From Burkholderiales bacterium (GTDB lineage: Bacteria > Bacillota > Clostridia > Christensenellales > SZUA-584), in NCBI GenBank assembly GCA_050260375.1, contig JBLNCA010000006.1, forward strand, positions 20,559 through 84,558: a stretch of DNA of 64,000 nucleotides, read 5' to 3'. The notes under the pieces were generated by a model, which saw only the letters and a program-made list of their open reading frames with translations, was not told the origin of the DNA and did not search any database. Of the stretch, positions 1 through 9,602 are shown in pieces. How positions within the stretch are numbered: the first letter of the stretch is position 1; every line of letters begins with the position of its first letter. Both the position numbers and the translations under genes were made by a program.

Positions 1-1854
1 GGCGGCAATGCGTATGTGGTATACACCGAAGAGGAGGTTAATTCGCTGCCCGAAATGCGCGAGGCGGTAGTAGTCGCGCAGACAACGATAACAGAAGAAA
101 AATGGAACAGTATAGTTTCTGCGCTTAAAGCAAAAGTTGAGCGTATAATACCTTTTTTGAGCATATGCTCGGCTACAAAAACAAGGCAGGACGAGGCCGA
201 AGAGATAGCAAAGAAGGCCGACGCGGTGATTGTCGTAGGAGGGAAGAAAAGCTCGAATACGCAAAAGCTATATGAATTATGCAGGAAATACTGTAAAAAA
301 GTCTTCTATGTTGAACAATATAAAGAACTATTACTTGAAAAAATGCGTTTTGGTGATATAATAGGCATTGTCGCCGGTGCATCAACTCCGGATTCGATAA
401 TTAGGGAGGTTTTTGACTACATGACAGAAAACGAGAAAGTGCTGCCCATCGAGAGCGAAACAGCTACGGAGATGGTTGCAGCCGCCGACACGGCAGAGGA
501 GGCTACCACCGGAGCTGTTGATACTGCCGCAGGAGAGCCTGAAGCGGCCTCCGAAACAACCGCAGGTAACGTAGAGGCAAATACCGGGGACGAAACAGTA
601 TCGAACGAAGCGGAAGGCGCAGCAACGGTTGAGGCGGATGACGAAGCGCCGGTCGAGGAAACTGAAGAGGAAAAACCTCCGACAGAAAAGGATGAATTCT
701 TAGAAGGGCTTGAAAAGGTAGTCCGTTTAAAGAAGGGTCAAATAGTAAAAGGCAATGTCGTTCAGATAACCGATGAGGATGTAAGCTTAAACATAGGTTA
801 TAAGACCGATGGCATAATACATAAAAGCGAGCTTTCGCTTCACGATGTTAACCCGAAGGATATGTTCAACATAGGGGACGAAGTGGAAGCGGAGGTTATT
901 AACCTCAACGACGGTGAAGGCAACGTTCTACTTTCAAGAAAGCGCATAGAGAAGAAGCAGAATTGGCTTAAGATGAAGGAGAACGTAGGCTCCGACACCG
1001 TTTACAAGTGCGTAGTAAAGAAGGCGGTAAAAGGCGGAGTAACTACGAAAATAGAAGGGTACAGCGCTTTTATCCCGGCTTCGCACCTCGCTTTGAAGTA
1101 TATCGAAGATTTAAAGCAGTTTGAGGGCAAGGAGCTCGAGGTAACCATAATAGACGCGGACAAGAGGCAAGAGCGCCTTGTAGCGTCCCATAAAAACGTG
1201 CTGCTCAAGGAAAAGCGCGAAAAAGAAGAACAGCTCTGGAACAGCTTTGCGAAGGGCGACCGCGTAAACGGCGTCGTAAAAAGGCTCACCGATTTCGGGG
1301 CGTTTGTGGACGTAGGCGGCGTGGACGGGCTGCTGCATATATCCGACCTCGCGTGGTCAAGAGTTAAGCATCCGTCGGACGTCGTTACCGAAGGCCAGGA
1401 GCTTGAGCTAATAATACTCAACGTAGACCCGGCCAAAAAGAAGATAGCGCTCGGGTACAAGCAGCTGCAGCCCAAGCCTTGGGATCTTGTGCCTGCCAAG
1501 TATCATGTGGGCGACGTCGTTACCGGTAAGGTCGTGCGCATTGTGCCGTTCGGAGCGTTCGTTCAGCTTGAGCCCACGGTAGACGGGCTGGTGCATATAT
1601 CGCAGGTTTCGAAGCACAGGCTCGAAAAAGTGGAAGACGAGCTGCGCCTCGGCGATGAGATAGAAGTCAAGATTCTCGAGGTGAACGCCGACAAGCGCAA
1701 GATAAGCCTTTCGAGAAAAGCGCTTCTCGCGGACGAGCCGAGCGCGGAGAAGAAGGAAAAAGTCGAAAGCGAAGAGGACTTCACTTACGAGATTCCTCCC
1801 GTACAGGAGTCCACGGTATCGCTCGCAGATTTTTTTCCTAAAAAGGAAGAATAA
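1..1854 (+). CDS. ispH-rpsA: Bifunctional IspH (LytB) / 30S ribosomal protein S1 fusion, 5'-truncated by the window edge
   Basis: Frame is open from base 1. IspH motifs AQTT, ICSAT..RQ, GGKKSSNT and AGASTP are followed by an acidic linker and four S1 repeats (e.g. DFGAFVDVGGVDGLLHISDL). Confidence 0.93.
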   Translation, partial: GGNAYVVYTEEEVNSLPEMREAVVVAQTTITEEKWNSIVSALKAKVERIIPFLSICSATKTRQDEAEEIAKKADAVIVVGGKKSSNTQKLYELCRKYCKKVFYVEQYKELLLEKMRFGDIIGIVAGASTPDSIIREVFDYMTENEKVLPIESETATEMVAAADTAEEATTGAVDTAAGEPEAASETTAGNVEANTGDETVSNEAEGAATVEADDEAPVEETEEEKPPTEKDEFLEGLEKVVRLKKGQIVKGNVVQITDEDVSLNIGYKTDGIIHKSELSLHDVNPKDMFNIGDEVEAEVINLNDGEGNVLLSRKRIEKKQNWLKMKENVGSDTVYKCVVKKAVKGGVTTKIEGYSAFIPASHLALKYIEDLKQFEGKELEVTIIDADKRQERLVASHKNVLLKEKREKEEQLWNSFAKGDRVNGVVKRLTDFGAFVDVGGVDGLLHISDLAWSRVKHPSDVVTEGQELELIILNVDPAKKKIALGYKQLQPKPWDLVPAKYHVGDVVTGKVVRIVPFGAFVQLEPTVDGLVHISQVSKHRLEKVEDELRLGDEIEVKILEVNADKRKISLSRKALLADEPSAEKKEKVESEEDFTYEIPPVQESTVSLADFFPKKEE

Positions 1855-1917
1855 TAATAATTATTCTGGTAATAATTATTAATGACCTCACAAAATATAT
1901 TAAGACCCCCTTTACAT

Positions 1918-1949
1918 TGGTCGTGATGAAAAATCGCGACTATTTTTTT
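1918..1949 (+). terminator. Probable intrinsic terminator after rpsA
   Basis: tggtcgtgat-gaaaa-atcgcgacta hairpin followed by a T run. Confidence 0.6.
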
Positions 1950-1975
1950 ATCACCGCGGCGGCCGGGCTTTAGTA

Positions 1976-2004
1976 TTGCATACCTTTTGATTTTACACTA
2001 TACT
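1976..2004 (+). promoter_or_regulatory. SigA-type promoter for the polA operon
   Basis: TTGCAT-17 bp-TATACT, with an AAGGAG RBS downstream. Confidence 0.55.
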
Positions 2005-2025
2005 TGAAATTACAAAGGAGTTAAG

Positions 2026-4587
2026 ATGGCAAAGACGTTGATGGCTGTCGACGGCAGCAGCCTTTTGCACAGGGCGTTTTACGCCCTGCCGATACTTACA
2101 AACTCGAACGGCGAGTACACAAACGCAGTGTACGGCTTTTTTTCAATGCTGATAAACGCGCTTGGCACGTTAAAGCCCGATTATCTCGCAGTGGCGTTCG
2201 ACAAAAAGGGCAAGACGTTCCGGCACGATATGTTTGAAAGCTATAAGGGAACGCGCAAGCCTACGCCCGACGAACTGATCCCGCAGTTCGATTTGTTAAA
2301 GGAGTCTCTTAAGGCGGTGGGCATACCGACGCTCGAGCTCGAGGGCTACGAGGCGGACGATATACTGGGAGTGCTCTCCAATCTTGCTGCAAAAAACGGC
2401 ATGCAATCCGTGCTGCTTACCGGGGATAAAGACGCGTTTCAGCTTATATCCGAAAGCTGCAGGGTTATGCTCACGCGCAAGGGCGTAAGCGAGATAGAAG
2501 TATACGATATGCAGAAGCTGAAAGACGAGTACGCGCTTGTGCCGCAGCAGATAGTCGATTTAAAGGGCTTTATGGGCGATTCTTCTGACAACATACCCGG
2601 CGTGCCGGGCGTAGGCGAAAAGACGGCGCTTAAGCTGCTGCAGACTTACAAGAGCATGGACGGAGTTTACAGCAACATAGGCGAGATTTCCGGCAAGCTT
2701 AAAGAAAAGCTCGAGGAGAATAAAGAGCTTGCGTTCCTGAGCCGCACGCTCGCCGAGATTGATAAAAACGCTCCCGTTGAGGTTTCGCTTCCCGAGCTGG
2801 AATTTAAGGAGCTTAACGTAGACAATGCTCGCGACGTATTTCAAAGGCTGGGCTTTGTGTCGCTCATTAAACGCCTCGGCGGCAGGGAAGCGGCCGCAGA
2901 GGAAACCAATGCGCCAAAGGTTGATAAGACCGAGATAAGCGATATGCAGCATTTAAACGAGGCACTGTCCGAACAAAAGAGCAAGGAGCATGTCGCCGTC
3001 TATTTCGGAGACGATATTTCGCTGGCGTATTCGCCCGAAAAGGAATATGTCGTAAAATCCGAGCATTCGCTGCTCAACACGGAATTTTCCCGGGATATGG
3101 TGATAAAGGAATTAAAGCCTTTATTGGAGGACGAACATACACCTAAATTGATGCATGACGCAAAGCAGGCGATATATATGCTCAAAAGCTACGGCGTCAA
3201 CGCAAAAGGCATATTGTTCGACACAAAGCTCGCGCAGTACGCGCTCGATCCGGGGTCAGGTTTTGAGCTGGACGCGCTGAAAGAAAAGTACGGCTTAGGC
3301 GGCAGCGCTGCGGCGATAGTCAGCCTTTACAGCGCGCAAAAGGAGCAGCTTAAAAACGACGGGCTGTGGTACGTATACAACGATATTGAAATGCCGCTTA
3401 TGGAAGTGCTGCTCGATATGGAGGAGACGGGCTTTAAGATAGACCTAAAGGAGCTCGAGGCGTATACGGCAAAGCTGTCCGCCGAGATAGACGCGCTCAC
3501 GGCTTCTATATACGAGCTTTGCGAATACGACAACTTCAACATAAACTCTACAAAGCAGCTGGGGCAGGTGCTGTTCGAACGGCTCGCGCTGCCCGCCGGC
3601 AAAAAGAAAAAGACGGGGTACTCAACGGACATAGAAGTGCTCGAAAAGCTTTCCGGCAAGCATCCGGTGATAGACAAGATAATAGAGTACCGCCGCCTTA
3701 CGAAGCTAAAAAGCACGTATCTTGACGGGCTTAAGAGCATAGCGGACAAGAACGGCTTCGTACATACTACGTTCATGCAAATATCGACCGTGACGGGAAG
3801 GATATCGAGCAAGGAGCCCAACCTGCAGAACATACCGATACGCACGCAGGAGGGCAAGGAGATACGCAGGCTGTTCCTTCCGTCGTCGGACGCAAGGAAG
3901 CTCGTTACCGCAGACTATTCCCAGATAGAGCTGCGCATACTCGCTTCGATATCAGGCGACAGCGTTATGAAGAGCGCGTTCCTCTCGGGCGTGGACATAC
4001 ACGCGCGCACCGCCTCCGAGGTGTTCGGTGTGCCGCTTGAGCGCGTGACGGAAGAGATGAGAAGAAGCGCGAAAGCGGTCAACTTCGGCATAGTATACGG
4101 AATAAGCGATTTCGGGCTTTCGCGGAACCTCGGCATACCGGTAAAGGTGGCGGCCGAGTACATAAGGCGTTACCTTGCGCGTTTTTCGGGCGTAAGAGAA
4201 TATATGGAGATGATAAAGGAAAAAGCGAAGGCGGACGGCTACGTAACCACGCTGCTGGGCAGGCGCAGATACCTTCCAGAGCTTAAGTCAAAGAACTACA
4301 GCATCCGTTCGTTCGGGGAACGCGCCGCTCTCAATACGCCGATACAGGGTACGGCTGCGGATATAATAAAGCTTGCGATGATAGAAGTATCGAAACGGCT
4401 GAAGCAGGGGGGTTACCAGTCAAAGCTGATATTGCAGGTTCACGACGAACTCATAATAGACGCCGCGCCGGATGAGATAGAGGCGGTAAGCTCGCTGCTT
4501 AAAGACTGCATGGAGAACACATACAAGCTCGACGTGCCGCTGACGGCGCAGGTATCGGTGGGCGACAACTGGCTGGACGCGAAGTGA
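2026..4587 (+). CDS. polA: DNA polymerase I
   Basis: 5'-3' exonuclease motifs (DGSSLLHRAFYA, EADD, GDSSDNIPGV) and polymerase A motifs (DYSQIELR, KAVNFGIVYG, QVHDE). Confidence 0.98.
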   Translation: MAKTLMAVDGSSLLHRAFYALPILTNSNGEYTNAVYGFFSMLINALGTLKPDYLAVAFDKKGKTFRHDMFESYKGTRKPTPDELIPQFDLLKESLKAVGIPTLELEGYEADDILGVLSNLAAKNGMQSVLLTGDKDAFQLISESCRVMLTRKGVSEIEVYDMQKLKDEYALVPQQIVDLKGFMGDSSDNIPGVPGVGEKTALKLLQTYKSMDGVYSNIGEISGKLKEKLEENKELAFLSRTLAEIDKNAPVEVSLPELEFKELNVDNARDVFQRLGFVSLIKRLGGREAAAEETNAPKVDKTEISDMQHLNEALSEQKSKEHVAVYFGDDISLAYSPEKEYVVKSEHSLLNTEFSRDMVIKELKPLLEDEHTPKLMHDAKQAIYMLKSYGVNAKGILFDTKLAQYALDPGSGFELDALKEKYGLGGSAAAIVSLYSAQKEQLKNDGLWYVYNDIEMPLMEVLLDMEETGFKIDLKELEAYTAKLSAEIDALTASIYELCEYDNFNINSTKQLGQVLFERLALPAGKKKKTGYSTDIEVLEKLSGKHPVIDKIIEYRRLTKLKSTYLDGLKSIADKNGFVHTTFMQISTVTGRISSKEPNLQNIPIRTQEGKEIRRLFLPSSDARKLVTADYSQIELRILASISGDSVMKSAFLSGVDIHARTASEVFGVPLERVTEEMRRSAKAVNFGIVYGISDFGLSRNLGIPVKVAAEYIRRYLARFSGVREYMEMIKEKAKADGYVTTLLGRRRYLPELKSKNYSIRSFGERAALNTPIQGTAADIIKLAMIEVSKRLKQGGYQSKLILQVHDELIIDAAPDEIEAVSSLLKDCMENTYKLDVPLTAQVSVGDNWLDAK

Positions 4588-5192
4588 GAAAAGCAATGAA
4601 AGACAATATACTTATTGGAATCACGGGCGGTATAGGCTCGGGTAAATCTACGGTGAGCGATTATCTGTCCGGCCTTGGCGAACACGTGATATATTCCGAC
4701 GAGGTTGCAAGGCAGGTCGTGCTGCCCGGAACGCGCGGGAATGAGCTGATAAGGCAGGAGTTCGGCGGCGAATATTTCCATGTGGACGGCACGCTCGACA
4801 GAAAAAAACTCTCCGAGCATGTTTTCAGCGATAAGGAAAAGCTTGAAAAGCTAAACTCCATACTTCACCCGCTTATAATCGAAAAGATTTTCCGCGAAGC
4901 GGAAACGCTCAAAGGCAGGGTGTTTATTGAAGTCCCGCTGCTTATAGAATCGGGCATGCATAAAAAAATGGACTATGTCTGGCTTGTCACCGCCGATAAG
5001 AAAACGCGCATAGAGCGCGTAAAAAAGCGCGACAACCTAAGCGCCCGCGATGTTGAGCAAAGGATACAAAGCCAGTTGAGCGACGAGGAGATGGCGGTGT
5101 ACGCCGACGAGGTAATAGACAACAGCGCAAGCCCCGAGGAATTGCGCAGACGTATAGGCATGTTGCTCAAAAAAGCGGAGTATGCGAGGTAA
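4584..5192 (+). CDS. coaE: Dephospho-CoA kinase
   Basis: GITGGIGSGKST P-loop, LDRKKL and VPLLIE motifs; follows polA. Alternative ATG at 4596. Confidence 0.95.
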   Translation: MRKAMKDNILIGITGGIGSGKSTVSDYLSGLGEHVIYSDEVARQVVLPGTRGNELIRQEFGGEYFHVDGTLDRKKLSEHVFSDKEKLEKLNSILHPLIIEKIFREAETLKGRVFIEVPLLIESGMHKKMDYVWLVTADKKTRIERVKKRDNLSARDVEQRIQSQLSDEEMAVYADEVIDNSASPEELRRRIGMLLKKAEYAR

Positions 5193-5194
5193 AA

Positions 5195-5764
5195 ATGGCA
5201 AAACGCTACGGACACAGGATAAGCAAGGATAGCTTAAAATTATGGACGATACTATGCCTCGTGCTGGTATGCGTCGCGGCAGTAGCTCTTAGGGGATTCA
5301 TTGTTTACAGCGTCTATCCTCTGGAGCACAAGGATGAGATAAAGGCTGCGAGCGAAAAGTATTCGCTCGACAAATATATGGTTTGTGCCGTAATATATAC
5401 GGAAAGCCATTTTGACGAGCAGGCGGTGTCCGGCCGGGGAGCGATAGGGCTGATGCAGGTGATGCCCGACACCGGCGCATGGGCCGCCGAAAAAATGGGG
5501 CTGGAAGGTTTTTCCCAGGATAAGCTTTCGCAGCCTGGCGTAAATATCGATATCGGCTGCTGGTATCTTAAATATTTGACCGAACTCTTTAACGGGGATA
5601 TGTACAAGGTGCTTGCAGGATATAACGCCGGACCCAACAGGGTGCAAAGCTGGATAAACAGCGAAGGCGCACTTATCGACATACCCTACGATGAAACCGA
5701 GAAGTATCTGGAAAAAGTACTGAGGTATTATGAAATATACAAAGGGCTGTATACGGATTTTTAA
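5195..5764 (+). CDS. Membrane-anchored lytic transglycosylase (SLT domain)
   Basis: N-terminal TM segment; ES, GAIGLMQVMP, YNAG and ET..Y motifs. Confidence 0.92.
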   Translation: MAKRYGHRISKDSLKLWTILCLVLVCVAAVALRGFIVYSVYPLEHKDEIKAASEKYSLDKYMVCAVIYTESHFDEQAVSGRGAIGLMQVMPDTGAWAAEKMGLEGFSQDKLSQPGVNIDIGCWYLKYLTELFNGDMYKVLAGYNAGPNRVQSWINSEGALIDIPYDETEKYLEKVLRYYEIYKGLYTDF

Positions 5765-7463
5765 AACCGTACTGTCCGCTGCTTTATGCTGCATGCTCGT
5801 TTTGCTCGGCGCGTGCGGAGACGTGCCCGTAATAGAGCAGGCGGACACAAACATAGTTCAGTATACGCTGCCTCCCGTCGTGGAATCGCCAGTGCCCGCA
5901 CAGGGAGGCGAGCTTAAGTTTCCCATACCCGACAGCACCGTTTTGTCGGACGATTTTGCTACCGATGCGCAGGACGACGATACGTCGGATACCCAGAATA
6001 CCGGCTTCACGCTCAATCCGCTCAAAGTAAAGAACATAGAGATGTACAACCTTTTTTCGCTTATATACGAACAGCCGGTGAGAATAGACGTCGACGGCAC
6101 GGCGGCTCCCGAGCTTGCCGAAACGTGGGAATCGGACGCAACCGGCACGGTATGGACGTTTCGTTTAAGAAAGGGCGTTAACTGGCAGAACGGCAACGGC
6201 GAGTTCACGTCTGCCGACGTAATATATACCATCCAGCAGATAAAAAGCTATACCGAAGCGGAATCGAAATACGCCCAGCTGAGCGGCATGGTGAGCGGGT
6301 TTACCGCGCCCGACGCGTACACCGTGGAAATAACACTTTCCGAGCCGGGGAACGCGGCGCTTTATTTCATGACGTTCCCCGTAATATGCAAGGCTTACTT
6401 CGAGGCAAACAGCATAGACACGGCGACGCCGATGGGAACGGGGCCGTATGTCGTGGCAAAGTATATAAAGGACCAGCACATGTCGCTGAAGGCAAACGAG
6501 GCCTGGTGGAAACAGGCGCCGTATATACAGTCTCTTACCGCGGTGTGCTACCCCGACCATATAAGCGAATTAAAAGCGTTCAGCGAAGGGGAAATAGATT
6601 TTATAACGACGTCTACGATAAGCGTCGATATGTATAAAAAATACGGGGTGTCAAAGTCGGTTGACTACCTCACTCAATACTATGACTGCCTCGTGCCCAA
6701 CACCGCAAGCGGCTTTTTCAGCGACATAAACATGAGGCGCATGCTGGCGTTTGCGCTCGATAAGCGCGCAATAGTCTCACGGGCACTTTTGGGCCACGCG
6801 GTAGCGGCGGATTATCCCGTTGCGCCGGATTCGTACCTTTCGGGAGGCGCCGACAGCGAATACGAATACAACATACAAAACGCTTTTGCGCTGCTTGAAC
6901 AGGCGGGCTGGGAAGACAGGGACGACGACAAAATACGCGAAAGAGTGGACGGGACGCAGATAATCGACCTTAAGATACAGCTGCTAATACCGTTGAACCG
7001 CGAGGACACGTACAGGCGCGACGTGGCCGACAACATTGCCGATCAGCTTCTTCAGTGCGGAATAGACGTAGAAGTAGTGCAAAAGCCCTATGAGGAATAC
7101 AAGAGCAGCTTGGAGTCGGGCGCGTTTGAGCTGGCGCTGTGCTCGTTCTATATCGGACAGAACCCCGACGTATCGTTCATGCTTTCCTCTTCGGGGGCTT
7201 CGAATTATGGCAGATTTGCCGACGCTGAATTCGACGCGCAGCTTAAAAACTGCACAACCGCGTTAAGCGAAGACGAAATGAAAAGCGCATACAGCGCTAT
7301 GGAGAAGGCGTTTATCGAGCGCCTGCCGCAGATAAGCCTGTATTTCAGGACAAACGCGCTTTTATACAACGCTTCCATCAATATACCAGGGAACTTACGG
7401 GATATGAATGTTTTCAACACTTTCCCGCAGTGGTATATTTACACAAAGCAGCCGGGGACATGA
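5730..7463 (+). CDS. Family 5 (peptide/nickel-type) ABC substrate-binding lipoprotein, with no adjacent permease genes
   Basis: Lipobox LLGAC; PELAETWE..WTFRLRKGV and PMGTGPY motifs. Confidence 0.85.
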   Translation: MKYTKGCIRIFKTVLSAALCCMLVLLGACGDVPVIEQADTNIVQYTLPPVVESPVPAQGGELKFPIPDSTVLSDDFATDAQDDDTSDTQNTGFTLNPLKVKNIEMYNLFSLIYEQPVRIDVDGTAAPELAETWESDATGTVWTFRLRKGVNWQNGNGEFTSADVIYTIQQIKSYTEAESKYAQLSGMVSGFTAPDAYTVEITLSEPGNAALYFMTFPVICKAYFEANSIDTATPMGTGPYVVAKYIKDQHMSLKANEAWWKQAPYIQSLTAVCYPDHISELKAFSEGEIDFITTSTISVDMYKKYGVSKSVDYLTQYYDCLVPNTASGFFSDINMRRMLAFALDKRAIVSRALLGHAVAADYPVAPDSYLSGGADSEYEYNIQNAFALLEQAGWEDRDDDKIRERVDGTQIIDLKIQLLIPLNREDTYRRDVADNIADQLLQCGIDVEVVQKPYEEYKSSLESGAFELALCSFYIGQNPDVSFMLSSSGASNYGRFADAEFDAQLKNCTTALSEDEMKSAYSAMEKAFIERLPQISLYFRTNALLYNASINIPGNLRDMNVFNTFPQWYIYTKQPGT

Positions 7464-8245
7464 ATGAGCCGGCGGATTTTCAGGGGGACGCATTGGACGT
7501 AATAAGAAGCAGCGGCAACGAATACATAAAATACGCGCGCGGTCTTAAAACCAAAAAAGGCAGGAGGGAGAGCGGTGCATTTTTGGTTGAAGGGGAAAAG
7601 TGCGTAAAAGAGCTCGTTTCGTTTATGCCCGGCAGCATACAAAGCGTAATTATAGCGGACGATAGATACGGCGGCATTGCGGGTGAGGCAGAATTAAAAG
7701 GCGCCCGCATATACCGCGTGACGGAAAGCGTGCTCGAATCGGTCTGCGACTGCAAAACGCCGCAGGGCATAGCCGCCGTGGCGGCGCAGCCGCGGCATGG
7801 CGAAATATACTCCGGGTTCATTGTGATGCTTGACGACGCGCAGGACCCGCAGAACGTAGGCACGATAATACGGACGGCGGACGCCGCGGGCTGTTCGTGC
7901 GTCGTGCTGTCGCCGGAGAGCGCGGACTGCTTTTCGCCCAAAGCGGTGAGAGCTTCAATGGGCAGCATTTTTCATATACCGGTTATAAAGGCTGAGCTTA
8001 CAGGCTATATAGAAAAACTTATGTCTCTTGGTTACGATATAGCCTGCGGGCATTTAAAAGGGGATATAGATTTTGCGCTCGATCATAACAAAACGTGCCT
8101 TGTGATAGGCAACGAATCGAGAGGCGTGTCCGAAGATATTGCGCGGGTTTCAACGAAGCTCGTTAAGATACCTATATACGGTAAGGCCGAAAGCCTGAAC
8201 GCAGCGGTGGCAGCGGGCATACTGATATATAAAATACGCACTTGA
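7460..8245 (+). CDS. TrmH/SpoU-family RNA methyltransferase
   Basis: QDPQNVGTIIRTADA, GNESRG and ESLNAAVA motifs; ATGA overlap with the previous stop. Confidence 0.93.
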   Translation: MNEPADFQGDALDVIRSSGNEYIKYARGLKTKKGRRESGAFLVEGEKCVKELVSFMPGSIQSVIIADDRYGGIAGEAELKGARIYRVTESVLESVCDCKTPQGIAAVAAQPRHGEIYSGFIVMLDDAQDPQNVGTIIRTADAAGCSCVVLSPESADCFSPKAVRASMGSIFHIPVIKAELTGYIEKLMSLGYDIACGHLKGDIDFALDHNKTCLVIGNESRGVSEDIARVSTKLVKIPIYGKAESLNAAVAAGILIYKIRT

Positions 8246-8271
8246 AGTTTTTGCATGGATTATGCTATAAT
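8242..8271 (+). promoter_or_regulatory. SigA promoter of the T-box/pheST leader
   Basis: TTGAAG-18 bp-TATAAT with extended -10 TG. Confidence 0.6.
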
Positions 8272-8277
8272 TCAGTG

Positions 8278-8530
8278 CGTAAAAGCGATGAGGCTTGAAC
8301 AGTATCCTTGCAGGCCTGCGGGTAAAGAGACATGGCGTCGCCGGCTGAAAGCGCCTGACCGTATGCAGGGAGAACATTCGCAAGCTGAGCTGCCCGAAAC
8401 TGGGACGGCACGTTCCGTTATAACGAAAAAGACTTCGCTAACCGAGCAATTCAATGAAGTTATTGGCGGCGGCGCGGAGCGAATTTGGGTGGTACCGCGG
8501 ACTTTCGCCCCATGGCGAAGGTTTTTTTAT
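8278..8530 (+). ncRNA. T-box riboswitch, Phe specifier
   Basis: Stem I with AGTA, AGAGA and GGCTGAA motifs; TTC specifier at 8377-8379; T-box AATTTGGGTGGTACCGCGG at about 8482-8500; terminator hairpin and T run before pheS. Confidence 0.93.
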
Positions 8531-8560
8531 TTGTACTGATACTATTGGAGGGAAAAACTG

Positions 8561-9589
8561 ATGGATTACGGCATTGACCTTGAGAGCATCGGCAAAAAGG
8601 CGCTGGAGGATATAAAAGCTTCCAAAACTATTGCCGGGCTCGAAAGCATACGCGTGCGCGTGCTCGGCAAAAAAGGCGAACTTACCGCCGCGCTGAGAAG
8701 CATGAAGGATATACCCGAGCAGCAGCGCCCGGCGTTCGGCAAGCGCGTGAACGAGCTGCGGGACCTGATTACCGGCGCGCTTGATACAAAACAAAGCGAA
8801 GTGGAGATGCTGGAGAGAGAGCAGCGGCTCAAAGAGGAGACCGTAGACGTAACGCTGCCCGGAAAGAAGCGCGATATTGGGGTGCTGCATCCTCTCACAA
8901 AGACGTATTACGAGATACGCGACATATTCGTAAGCATGGGCTTCGAGGTGATGGACGGCCCCGAAGTCGAGCTCGAGAAGTACAACTTCGAGATGCTCAA
9001 CATACCAAAGGATCATCCGTCGAGGGATATGCAGGATTCATTTTACATCTCCGACGATATAGTGCTCAGGACGCAGACGTCGCCGGTGCAGGTAAGGACG
9101 ATGCTTGCCCAAAAGCCGCCGATACGGATGATATGCCCCGGCAGGGTTTACCGCAGCGACGACCCTGACGCGACGCATTCGCCTATATTCAACCAGATTG
9201 AAGGGCTTGTAGTCGACAAGGGCATTAGCCTTGCTCATCTTAAGAGCACTCTCGATACGTTCCTAAAAGAGCTGTACGGCGAAGAGACGGCGACCAAGTT
9301 CCGGCCGGGGTTCTTCCCGTTTACGGAGCCGAGCGCCGAGGTGGACGCTACGTGCGCGAAATGCGCGGGCAAGGGCTGCACCGTATGCAAGGGCACGGGC
9401 ATGATAGAGGTTTTGGGCTGCGGCATGGTGCACCCAAACGTCTTGCGGGGCTGCGGCATCGACCCGGAAGTATATTCGGGCTTTGCGTTCGGGCTCGGGC
9501 TGGACAGGATAGCTACAATTAAGTACGGCATTACGGATATAAGGCTGTTGTTTGAAAACGACATCCGCTTCTTAAAGCAGTTCAGATAG
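8561..9589 (+). CDS. pheS: Phenylalanyl-tRNA synthetase alpha subunit
   Basis: [16 protein letters not shown] and [10 protein letters not shown] motifs. Confidence 0.98.
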   Translation: MDYGIDLESIGKKALEDIKASKTIAGLESIRVRVLGKKGELTAALRSMKDIPEQQRPAFGKRVNELRDLITGALDTKQSEVEMLEREQRLKEETVDVTLPGKKRDIGVLHPLTKTYYEIRDIFVSMGFEVMDGPEVELEKYNFEMLNIPKDHPSRDMQDSFYISDDIVLRTQTSPVQVRTMLAQKPPIRMICPGRVYRSDDPDATHSPIFNQIEGLVVDKGISLAHLKSTLDTFLKELYGEETATKFRPGFFPFTEPSAEVDATCAKCAGKGCTVCKGTGMIEVLGCGMVHPNVLRGCGIDPEVYSGFAFGLGLDRIATIKYGITDIRLLFENDIRFLKQFR

Positions 9590-9602
9590 GGAGGAATAAA
9601 GA

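Noticed and set aside
8255..8539. 94-aa ORF upstream of pheS
   Set aside because: It coincides with the T-box leader RNA.
9350..9395. CxxC-CxxC motif in PheS
   Set aside because: A common feature of Bacillota PheS; not unusual.
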